30,384 nucleotides of DNA from Opitutales bacterium (GTDB lineage: Bacteria; Verrucomicrobiota; Verrucomicrobiia; Opitutales; UBA953): the NCBI GenBank assembly GCA_040398005.1, contig JBBAUX010000006.1:53370-83753 (forward strand), read 5' to 3'. A program made the translations under genes and the position numbers. The notes beneath the pieces are model-generated. The model did not search any database, had not been told where the DNA came from, and saw only the letters and a program-made list of their open reading frames with translations. Shown here piece after piece: positions 7,249 to 15,853 of this stretch. The stretch's first letter is position 1, and each line of letters starts with the position of its first letter.

Positions 7249-10143
7249 ATGTCTATTGAACGTCATTTTATTGGTTGGAATGGAAGTTTAGCTGAATTAA
7301 CGGCGAAAACCATTTTAGCGGCAGCCTCGCCTGCTCCAGGGATGAGGGCGATTGATTTAAGTTCTCATCGCGTCATTGTACCATCGCAGTTTGCCGGACG
7401 ACTTATCCGTGAGCAGCTGGCTATTCAATCTCCGCACGGAGTGTTACTGCCAAAAATCGAAACCCCCGAGAGTTTTTTAAACTGGGGTGAGACCAATACG
7501 GTAACGGCTACCCCTACCGATGCACTTTTAACATGGATTGAAGTTTTAGAAAAAACCGACCGTAGCGAGCTACGAGACCTGTTTCCCGTCTCAGAAGGTG
7601 GGCGTTTTGATTTCAATCATGCAAAACGTTTTGCAAAGATACTTTGTGAGCTACGTGACGAACTTGGGGGGTCAGCAACTATCAATGACTTTGCCGGAGT
7701 TGCTAGAAATCCTAAAAATCCTGAGGCTCAACGCTGGTCTGATTTAGCAAAACTAGAAGAGCGTTATCGCGAGTTATTAAAACACCTAGGATTAAAAGAT
7801 CATAATGACTTACGCGTTGAATTAGCAAATGGTACCGGAAAACCTGAAGGCGTTACACACATTTGGTTAGCGTCAATCAGTGAACCACAACCACTTTTCC
7901 TAACAGCACTTAAACGAATTGAACCAAGTTATCAAGTTCACGTATTAATCGGTGCAGACAAAAACGAATCGGCAAATTTTGATTCATGGGGTCGACCCAA
8001 TCCAGAAATTTGGCGTGAAAGAAAGTCTGAATGGAAAGACTTTAAAAATAACGTACATGTAGTAGGAAGTCCTAACGATAGTACTGTTAAATTGCGTCAA
8101 CTATTAGGAGCCGCTAAACCACAGGACTGCGTTCACGCGGTTTGTGCGTGTGATCGAGAAACTGATGCGCCTAAAATTACTGCTTTGATTCACAGTTTGG
8201 GGGGTGAAGCCATCAACCCATTAGGTAATGCACATTCCTCCAACCCACTCCACCAAACATTATCTGTACTCATTAAACTCCTGGGAAAAGATGAGCCAGA
8301 TTTAGCAATCACCAAGGAAGCAGTATTAATACCTTCTATTTTACAGCTGATCTTTAAAGACGCTTCACCGAAAAAATTCACTTATATAAATAAAACAGTA
8401 GATTGGGCAGACCAGTACTTCTTCCGGGGATTACTCAGCGATACTTGCTCTGAAATTCAGAGAATTAATAATACAGAAGAAGAGAAATTAACTATTATTT
8501 GTGACACTCTTAAAAGTGTTGTTTCTTGGAGGGATCATCATCTTTCTCTTGATTGGCAATCCTCTCTAACAGACATAGTTGATGGATTGATAGACAAAAA
8601 AAACTTAGATGAGGATAATCTAGATGACGCATTTACACTCGAGGTAATCGAATCATTATTTAAACAAGCTACTCAAGTTAACGCGTCCTTCAGTAGCAGA
8701 TCAGATCTTAGTCATCAGGACTTAATGGGACTAACACTCGATACCACTGCCGCTCAACGTTTTCGTCGCAACGATGCAAAGGAAGCTGTCAATTTACCTG
8801 GCTGGATTGAGGCACCTTGGGAGCCAGTTCCACATCTCATTATTTTTGGGCTTAACGATCACTTAATTCCTAAAAGTAGACATGCTCACCCATTCCTTCC
8901 AGCCAAACTTTGCGAAATGGTTGGATTGTCTACAAACGAAGAGAAATTTGCGGCGGCAGCTTATACGTTCGAACAACTCTGGCGACAGCGTCAAGAAAGC
9001 GGCCTTTTAGATATTATTGTACCGCAGCAGGACACTGAGGGAGAACCATTAAGGCCCTCACGACTATTATTCCTAGGACCAGACGAGCAGCTCTGTACAA
9101 GAGTTCAGCATCTTTTCACCGATACACCAAATCAGGAAGCACAACCCTACTGGGAAATACCCGAAGAGCATAAATTGATTCCGCTAGCTGACTCAGAATC
9201 AGCTGAAAAGGCCAAACGCAGTATTTCTGCGACAGCCTTTAAAGACTTTCTAGGCAACTCTGCAGAATATTGGCTAAAACGCGCACTAAAACTTAATGCA
9301 GTCGAGTATGGCCAAATAGAATTAAATAACAGCGGCTTCGGGACCTTAATCCATGGTGCACTAAAACTTTTTGGCCAAGAATATATCAACAAAACAACAG
9401 GCGACCTAAATGAAATCACGGAAGCTCTGAATCGATGCTTCGATCAGCATGTAAGAGATACTTTTGGAGAAAATCCTACGAGTAGCATTACTGTTCAATT
9501 GGAATCTGCTAAAACTCGCCTACTCGCATTTGCCCCAAAACAACTCGAGCTATTTAAAGAAGGTTGGTTAATTCATAGTGTGGAAACGCCGCTACCTAAA
9601 TTGGATAAAAAAGATTTTTTTGGTGTAGAGATTACTGGTACATACGATCGACTAGATGTCCATAACGACGGTATTCGCTACCGTGTTTACGATTATAAAA
9701 CATTTAAAGAAGCAGAAGACACAGTCAAAAAACATCTAGAAACCGCAGATGATAATGATGTATTTAAGTCTGAAATAATAAATAAAAAAGGCAAAATAGA
9801 AGTTAAGCGATGGATAGATCTTCAGCTACCCGTTTACCATTTATGTGTGTCTACTAATCTAAAAAAAAATGGGAACGCGGTGTCAAAGGTTGAAGTAGGC
9901 TATATTTGTCTACCTGAGAATAATATTCCGGTAATAAAAATTTGGGAAAAGTATACAGAAAATAATTGTGATAAGGTAGCACTAGAAACTATTAAGCGTG
10001 TTTGCGAAAGAATCAGCGAAGGCACACCCGAAGCCTTCCAATCAATTTTACATGAAAGCGAATATCCAATACTAAAAACGCTTAAAGGAAGGCCAATCGA
10101 AAGTTACATGAAAATAAATCAATTAGGAGAAATTCGAAAATGA
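7249..10143 (+). CDS. addB: AddB/RexB-like subunit: inactive helicase scaffold plus PD-(D/E)XK RecB-family nuclease
   Basis: No Walker A. Motifs: LIIFGLNDHLIP, PLRPSRLL, ISATAFKDF, FGTLIHGAL, ITGTYDRLD, VYDYKT, DLQLPVY. Overlaps the next gene by 4 nt (ATGA). Confidence 0.82.
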   Translation: MSIERHFIGWNGSLAELTAKTILAAASPAPGMRAIDLSSHRVIVPSQFAGRLIREQLAIQSPHGVLLPKIETPESFLNWGETNTVTATPTDALLTWIEVLEKTDRSELRDLFPVSEGGRFDFNHAKRFAKILCELRDELGGSATINDFAGVARNPKNPEAQRWSDLAKLEERYRELLKHLGLKDHNDLRVELANGTGKPEGVTHIWLASISEPQPLFLTALKRIEPSYQVHVLIGADKNESANFDSWGRPNPEIWRERKSEWKDFKNNVHVVGSPNDSTVKLRQLLGAAKPQDCVHAVCACDRETDAPKITALIHSLGGEAINPLGNAHSSNPLHQTLSVLIKLLGKDEPDLAITKEAVLIPSILQLIFKDASPKKFTYINKTVDWADQYFFRGLLSDTCSEIQRINNTEEEKLTIICDTLKSVVSWRDHHLSLDWQSSLTDIVDGLIDKKNLDEDNLDDAFTLEVIESLFKQATQVNASFSSRSDLSHQDLMGLTLDTTAAQRFRRNDAKEAVNLPGWIEAPWEPVPHLIIFGLNDHLIPKSRHAHPFLPAKLCEMVGLSTNEEKFAAAAYTFEQLWRQRQESGLLDIIVPQQDTEGEPLRPSRLLFLGPDEQLCTRVQHLFTDTPNQEAQPYWEIPEEHKLIPLADSESAEKAKRSISATAFKDFLGNSAEYWLKRALKLNAVEYGQIELNNSGFGTLIHGALKLFGQEYINKTTGDLNEITEALNRCFDQHVRDTFGENPTSSITVQLESAKTRLLAFAPKQLELFKEGWLIHSVETPLPKLDKKDFFGVEITGTYDRLDVHNDGIRYRVYDYKTFKEAEDTVKKHLETADDNDVFKSEIINKKGKIEVKRWIDLQLPVYHLCVSTNLKKNGNAVSKVEVGYICLPENNIPVIKIWEKYTENNCDKVALETIKRVCERISEGTPEAFQSILHESEYPILKTLKGRPIESYMKINQLGEIRK

Positions 10144-13100
10144 AAAACTTTCCTGTGAAAAATGAAGTGATACTTGCTGCAGCCGGCTCAGGTAAAACTT
10201 TCAGACTTTCTGACCGCATTATAAAACTACTTGTTAACAGTGCAAAACCAGAAGAAATCGTTGCATTAACCTTCACACGTGCAGCTGCTGCAGAGTTTAT
10301 TACCAAAACATTTTCTAAATTAGCCTTGGCTGCAAACAATGAAGATGAAGCTAACGAACTCAGCAAAAGGTTAAAACTATCCGAGCCATGGAATGCCAAA
10401 CAATACCGAAATTTACTACGCGAAACATTGATTTCAATGAATCGACTATCGTTTGGTACACTGGATAGTTTCTTTTCAAAACTAGTAAGCAACAATGCAG
10501 CCGAGGTCGGACTTGATGGCGGTGAACTTAAAAACTTAAGCGAGGTAGAACAAAATTCTATTCGCGGAAAAATTATATCACAAATGTTGGCGGAGCTTCA
10601 ATTATCACAATTATGTGGAGACATTAGGCATATAAATGAAGGAAAAGTAAGCGCAACGCCACTCAAAGTGCTTGATGAACAAATTAAAGAATTGCACGAT
10701 CTTTTAACGCTAACACCTGAAGCAGAACTCTGGGGCCAACCCGAAACAATTTGGGGTAAGCTACCCTTAAAACTTACTATACCACCTGAGAGCGAAGTAG
10801 AGTCTGCAATAAAAATTATTTATGCCTGGATAGAAGCTAATTCAACCGCTCATGCAACTTTCTTGAAATCCCTCAAAGCAAATTCTAAAATTATCGCTGA
10901 AAATAAAACATGGACCTCCGATTTTTCTAAAGCTTTAAAGTGGTTTAGGAACAATCTCAATGGAGTACTTGATGCATCAGAAAATATTTCATTCGAGACT
11001 ACATTCGCAAATTCACCGAAAATAATTTTATTAGATCCTAATACGTGTAAATCAATTCGCATATTAAACCGCAAGGGTTACGGACTAGGCATACGAATTA
11101 AATTAGATTTAACTCAAAGTATTTATAAATTACTCACTATATATGAAGAAAAATATAATCATACAGTAAGACAACAAGGCAACTTAACCTTCTCCGACAA
11201 TGTCACTCTTTTACTTAAATCCGAAACTAAAGCTAATATTGATTATCGTTTAGACTGTAGCATTAAACATTGGCTTTTTGACGAATTCCAAGACACCAGT
11301 ACCAGGCAGTGGAAAGTGTTACGTAATAATTTAGACGAAGTTGCGAATAATAGTTCTGATGAGCCTCGCACAAGTTTCTTTGTCGGCGACTTAAAGCAGA
11401 GTCTTTACGGATGGCGTGGCGGTAACCCCGAAATTCTTCGAGCTGTGAACAATAACTCTACCTTTAATGATAAAAGTGAAAAAAGCTCCGAAGAAGACTC
11501 AATTGAATACACTACAAGGCGGTGTTCAGCTCCAATCGTCGAACTAGTTAATGCATTTTTGGATAAAGACCGGTTGATCGAATTCGGACAATACTTCTCT
11601 AGTGGTGCGGCCCAAAAGTGGGCTGAGTCATTCCGTCAACATGTTAGTATCGCAAAAGACAAAGAATATGGTGAGGCAATGTGGGTAAGATTGAAAGATG
11701 AACTAACACTTCCTAATAACACAGAAAACGGAGATGACTCTGGATCTGACGCTGAGGATATTGGCACAATTATTAAGCAAGCACAGTGGATAGGAGAACA
11801 TTTGCGTCACACCGGATTAGTTGAAAATCGACTTTTAAAACAAGGAGTCACCTGCGCCGTTTTAGTTTCGTCGAATGATGTTGCCGCTAAAACTACTGAA
11901 ACACTACGAAAAATAGGCATAGAAGCGGCCGACGAGGCTAATGCAATCGTCTCAATGGATAATCCATTCACTGCTGGTTTAGTAGCTTTAATAACAAATA
12001 CAGTACACCCCTCTGATAGATTTAATGAGGGACTTGCAAAAATGTCTCCTACTGCAAACAAATACATAAATAGTTGTGGGAATTTAGAAAACGCCAGACT
12101 CCGATGTGCTACTCAATTTATACAAGGAGGTGCCGAGGCCCTAGTTCAGGATTTCTTAAGATTTGCTGACTTAGAAGGAGCGGATAATTCACACGCATTT
12201 CTGCGTAAAAGAGCACAACAAGTTATTACCTTAGCGGTAAATTTTGATCAAAATGGAATTAGAAATCTTGGTGCGTTTTCAAGTCACCTGCAGGAATCTT
12301 CGCTACGCGACACCGCAGATCCTCGTGCTGTCCAAGTTTTAACAATTCATAGGTCAAAAGGATTAGAATATACAGCGGTCTATTTGCCAGGCATGAATAG
12401 CAGAATCCATAAACATACCATTGCTGCTGAACGCGAAACAAATCCATTAATCTCAAACAATACTGAAACATTTTCACCTAACTGGATATTGAGTCGACCC
12501 AATAAAGTTTGTAGCGAAAGAGATAGTGATATTTTAAACCAAGCACTTGAAACAGAACGAGCGAATGTAGCCTACGAGAATCTCTGTAAAATTTACGTGG
12601 GGATGACACGAGCAACCAAACGGCTGGTGATAATCAGTAATGAGCTCTCAAAAACATCTAGAGAAAAATTGCTGACCGAAGAAAAGTTTGGTAAGTATGA
12701 TTTTGCGTGTTTACTGGAATCTGTACTGGGTCAAAATAGTAAATCTCCCATAAAGTACAATTTAGCGGGGGTAAATAAGGCGGAAATTGTATGGTCTAGC
12801 GGATTAGATGAATGGATAGATAGAATCAATCCCCCAATTGTTGAGCCTGCCATAACGTTAAAGAGAGACACCTCTAAACTTATAGCTGTTTCACGCGTAC
12901 AAAAAAATCAGCCCTCAAAAATCGCTAAAGTATCTAAAAATAAAAAGCAGCCTAAATCAAATGAAGCACGGGGTAAAGAATTTGGTACTCTCGTGCATAA
13001 CCTATTTCAAAATTTAGAATGGGACACCAAGACTTTTATTGCGAATATTAATAAAAAGATCATCGGCTCGCCTGAAAATAGTTATCTAACCCAAGCTGTG

Positions 13101-13445
13101 CGAATTATAGAACAGTGCTTAAAATCTGCAGATATTGTAAAACTTCTAGAAGATAACTCGCAAAATAAAATCCTGTGGAAGGAGAAACAGGCGGTTATAA
13201 TGCATGAAGGTAAGATGATTGATGCGGTATTCGACCGGGTGCATATTGTCCCTGGTAAAGAGGCGACCATTATCGATTATAAAACAAATTTCGACTTTAG
13301 TGATGATGAACTCGAGATAGAATACAAAGAACAAATGAGTCTATATCGTATAAGCATATCAGAATTAAGTGGAATACCCATAGACAAAATAAAGTGTGTT
13401 CTCATCAATGTTCGCCAAGCATCTTCACGACACGTTAAATTTTAA
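10140..13445 (+). CDS. addA: AddA/RexA-like UvrD helicase with C-terminal RecB-family nuclease
   Basis: Helicase: AAAGSGKT, ALTFTRAAAAE, GTLDSFF, DEFQDTS, VGDLKQSLYGWRGG, TIHRSKGLEY, YVGMTRA. Nuclease: FGTLVH, FDRV, IIDYKT, QMSLY. Confidence 0.9.
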   Translation: MKNFPVKNEVILAAAGSGKTFRLSDRIIKLLVNSAKPEEIVALTFTRAAAAEFITKTFSKLALAANNEDEANELSKRLKLSEPWNAKQYRNLLRETLISMNRLSFGTLDSFFSKLVSNNAAEVGLDGGELKNLSEVEQNSIRGKIISQMLAELQLSQLCGDIRHINEGKVSATPLKVLDEQIKELHDLLTLTPEAELWGQPETIWGKLPLKLTIPPESEVESAIKIIYAWIEANSTAHATFLKSLKANSKIIAENKTWTSDFSKALKWFRNNLNGVLDASENISFETTFANSPKIILLDPNTCKSIRILNRKGYGLGIRIKLDLTQSIYKLLTIYEEKYNHTVRQQGNLTFSDNVTLLLKSETKANIDYRLDCSIKHWLFDEFQDTSTRQWKVLRNNLDEVANNSSDEPRTSFFVGDLKQSLYGWRGGNPEILRAVNNNSTFNDKSEKSSEEDSIEYTTRRCSAPIVELVNAFLDKDRLIEFGQYFSSGAAQKWAESFRQHVSIAKDKEYGEAMWVRLKDELTLPNNTENGDDSGSDAEDIGTIIKQAQWIGEHLRHTGLVENRLLKQGVTCAVLVSSNDVAAKTTETLRKIGIEAADEANAIVSMDNPFTAGLVALITNTVHPSDRFNEGLAKMSPTANKYINSCGNLENARLRCATQFIQGGAEALVQDFLRFADLEGADNSHAFLRKRAQQVITLAVNFDQNGIRNLGAFSSHLQESSLRDTADPRAVQVLTIHRSKGLEYTAVYLPGMNSRIHKHTIAAERETNPLISNNTETFSPNWILSRPNKVCSERDSDILNQALETERANVAYENLCKIYVGMTRATKRLVIISNELSKTSREKLLTEEKFGKYDFACLLESVLGQNSKSPIKYNLAGVNKAEIVWSSGLDEWIDRINPPIVEPAITLKRDTSKLIAVSRVQKNQPSKIAKVSKNKKQPKSNEARGKEFGTLVHNLFQNLEWDTKTFIANINKKIIGSPENSYLTQAVRIIEQCLKSADIVKLLEDNSQNKILWKEKQAVIMHEGKMIDAVFDRVHIVPGKEATIIDYKTNFDFSDDELEIEYKEQMSLYRISISELSGIPIDKIKCVLINVRQASSRHVKF

Positions 13446-13503
13446 CTTTTAGGTGGAACTTAGGGCGGGGGTTGGTGTAGATTACAGATACCCCACCCTC
13501 CTT

Positions 13504-15096
13504 ATGAAAAAGTTTCTATTGGTATTAACCTTAGCACTGGCTTCCGCATTACGTGCGGCGAATCTCGAGTGCTCTGGTATCTTCACCGACCACATGGTCC
13601 TACAGCGCGAAAAGCCCGTCGCGGTCTGGGGCTGGGCCGACGCCGGTGAAACGGTCACGGTTGAATTTAACGGTCAGAAGAAAACGACCAAGGCCGCTGC
13701 CAACGGCAAATGGATGCTTAAACTGGACTCCATGAAGGCAAATGCGAGTGCGCAGAAGTTAGTCGTCAAAGGAAATAAGCCGAACACCGATGCCGCGAAG
13801 CCGCGTGAATGTGTTTTTGAAGATGTTTTAATCGGAGAGGTCTGGCTCGGTTCAGGACAATCTAACATGAGTTGGCCAGTCGCACGCGCGGCAAATCCTG
13901 ATGTAGAAAAGGCAGCGGCGAATTACCCTCTCATTCGTGAGTTCGGCGAGAAGAGCTTATCTCATGCTGAAGCTAAAGATAATTGTAAGGGCAAGTGGAC
14001 CGTGTGCTCACCTGAAACCGTCAGTGGTTATTCCGCTTCACTTTATTTCATGGCTCGCGAACTCCACAAAGAACTTAAAATGCCCGTTGGCATTATTCAA
14101 AGCTCGGTCGGTGGCACCCCAATTGAAAACTGGATTAATGTTAATACCCAACTCGCCGTACCAGAACTTAAAGAGGTCACCGAAGCTAAAGTAAAATCTT
14201 GGAAGGCATTCGACGAAGTAAAAGCCCGAGCTAAGTACGAACAAGAATTAGAGGATTGGAAAGCAGCTAAAGAAAAAGCTAAAGTTGACGGTCAACCTGA
14301 ACCTACGGCTAAAGCACCCGTCGATCCTATCGTGAAACGCAAAGGCAGTGGCGGTCCCGGGGAACTATATAACGGAAAAATCGCTGGACTGATTCCTTTC
14401 ACCGTTCGTGGATTCATCTGGTATCAGGGCGAAGCCAATTCATATAGCGTGGAGCGCGGTTTACTTTACCAAACTCAGCTAACCACTCTCATCAAAGATT
14501 GGAGAAAACTTTGGAACGAAGAACTGCCCTTCTGCTGGGCACAGCTTCCGAATTATGCGGGTGGTTCTCAGTGGCCGTCACTACGCGAGTCACAATTAAA
14601 AGCCCTAAGCCTCTCAAACACTGGAATGATTACCACTATGGATATTGGGGATAAAAATGATATCCACCCGAAAAATAAACAAGAGATTGGACGACGTTTT
14701 TCACTTTGGGCTTTGAATACAGTTTACGGTAAGAAGGTTGAGTACAGTGGACCCCTTCCAGTCAGTCGCGAAATCAGAGGCAGTGAAGTGGTCGTTAGTT
14801 TTTCTCATGCAAGTGGTCTCAAAATAAGAGACGGGATTGAACTGAGAGGTTTTGAAATCGCTGAAGCCATTATCAAAACGAAAGTTTTGGACGAAAATAA
14901 AAAAGAGGTAGAAGTCAGCGAATATAACTATGTACCGGCTCAAGCGGTGATTAAAGACAACAAAGTGGTGATCAGCGCAGCGACCATCACCAAGCCCATC
15001 GCCGTGCGTTATGCCTGGGCTAACAACCCAGAGTGCAGTTTAGTGAATCAGGACAACCTCCCTGCGTCCCCCTTCCGCTTCGAAGATAAAAATTAA
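13504..15096 (+). CDS. Sialate O-acetylesterase (SASA/SGNH) family, secreted
   Basis: Signal peptide MKKFLLVLTLALASALRA from the ATG at 13504. Motifs: IFTDHMVLQRE, GEVWLGSGQSNM, GFIWYQGEAN, DIHPKNKQEIGRR, VRYAWANNP, LPASPFR. Confidence 0.93.
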   Translation: MKKFLLVLTLALASALRAANLECSGIFTDHMVLQREKPVAVWGWADAGETVTVEFNGQKKTTKAAANGKWMLKLDSMKANASAQKLVVKGNKPNTDAAKPRECVFEDVLIGEVWLGSGQSNMSWPVARAANPDVEKAAANYPLIREFGEKSLSHAEAKDNCKGKWTVCSPETVSGYSASLYFMARELHKELKMPVGIIQSSVGGTPIENWINVNTQLAVPELKEVTEAKVKSWKAFDEVKARAKYEQELEDWKAAKEKAKVDGQPEPTAKAPVDPIVKRKGSGGPGELYNGKIAGLIPFTVRGFIWYQGEANSYSVERGLLYQTQLTTLIKDWRKLWNEELPFCWAQLPNYAGGSQWPSLRESQLKALSLSNTGMITTMDIGDKNDIHPKNKQEIGRRFSLWALNTVYGKKVEYSGPLPVSREIRGSEVVVSFSHASGLKIRDGIELRGFEIAEAIIKTKVLDENKKEVEVSEYNYVPAQAVIKDNKVVISAATITKPIAVRYAWANNPECSLVNQDNLPASPFRFEDKN

Positions 15097-15180
15097 AAGT
15101 CCTTCGTAGTTTAGTGAAAAATAGCGTGCCAAGTTGACGAAAAAACTGAAAATATTTTGCCGATTTTGCACTTAAATTTG

Positions 15181-15208
15181 TTGCCAGAAAGGGGTCAAAT
15201 TTTATAGT
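15181..15208 (+). promoter_or_regulatory. Sigma70-type promoter implying a leaderless mRNA
   Basis: TTGCCA (15181-15186), 16 nt, TATAGT (15203-15208). The ATG follows 6 nt later. Confidence 0.6.
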
Positions 15209-15214
15209 GTTTGA

Positions 15215-15751
15215 ATGCTATTAAAAGAAGCTTTCTGGCTCACAGTATCTGCGGAATTAAAGAAAAGGGGCTCGAAATTAAAGATCAGCGAAATCAGTCC
15301 CTTTGAGGCTACCGTCACCGGCAGCACGCGGAGAAGCAGCGAGCTTCCACCCCTAAAAATCGACCTCACTTACCAACCTAAAGAAGGGAGCGTAAAAGGA
15401 AGTTTTATGATTTCACTGACGGTTGAGCCTACATACCGGAATCAAATTCTAGAATACCTAAAAAAGAAGCCTAGCAAGTCCTTGGCCAAGATTATACCTG
15501 GTCTTAACACGGCGCTTCAAATGACGCCCGAGGAGGAGCAAGCCATGCAGAGCTTAATGATATCGCCTTATGGCGAGGAAGATACCCCTGAGCCCATGGG
15601 ACGGGCCTGGATTTATACCGTGGCCAACGTCGTGTCACCCCACGGACAAGATTTTATCGAACGAATCAGCCCCTGGATTGCCGAATGGTGCGATAATATC
15701 AACCTACTCCACGGACAGCTGAATAAACACATTAAGAAACTCACAGAGTAG
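15215..15751 (+). CDS. Hypothetical protein, DUF4268-like; distant paralog of 1992..2489
   Basis: 178-aa ORF with AFWLTVSAELKKR, ISLTVEPTY, WIAEWCDNINLL. Confidence 0.75.
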   Translation: MLLKEAFWLTVSAELKKRGSKLKISEISPFEATVTGSTRRSSELPPLKIDLTYQPKEGSVKGSFMISLTVEPTYRNQILEYLKKKPSKSLAKIIPGLNTALQMTPEEEQAMQSLMISPYGEEDTPEPMGRAWIYTVANVVSPHGQDFIERISPWIAEWCDNINLLHGQLNKHIKKLTE

Positions 15752-15853
15752 TTTTGAGCGTCCCGGGGCGTTGAAATCGGGGTCGGTTTAATACTTTTCT
15801 TTTGACCCTACCGAAGGATAGAACACCCCTATACCTAATCCCTTTTATCGTTC

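Noticed and set aside
13453..13503. Longest-ORF starts at 13453 (and likewise 3505, 28403, 28397, 6732, 1980)
   Set aside because: Downstream ATGs give proper signal peptides or conserved N-termini, and the fabD and purH extensions would overlap each other.
2578..15132. Sigma54 promoters at TTGGCACG (minus strand; near 2578, 4817 and 15125)
   Set aside because: The -24 element matches, but none has TTGC at the required -12 spacing.
1700..15850. Prophage, integron or integrative element
   Set aside because: I found no integrase, transposase, structural genes, tRNA target, long terminal direct repeats or attC-type GTTRRRY/RYYYAAC structure.
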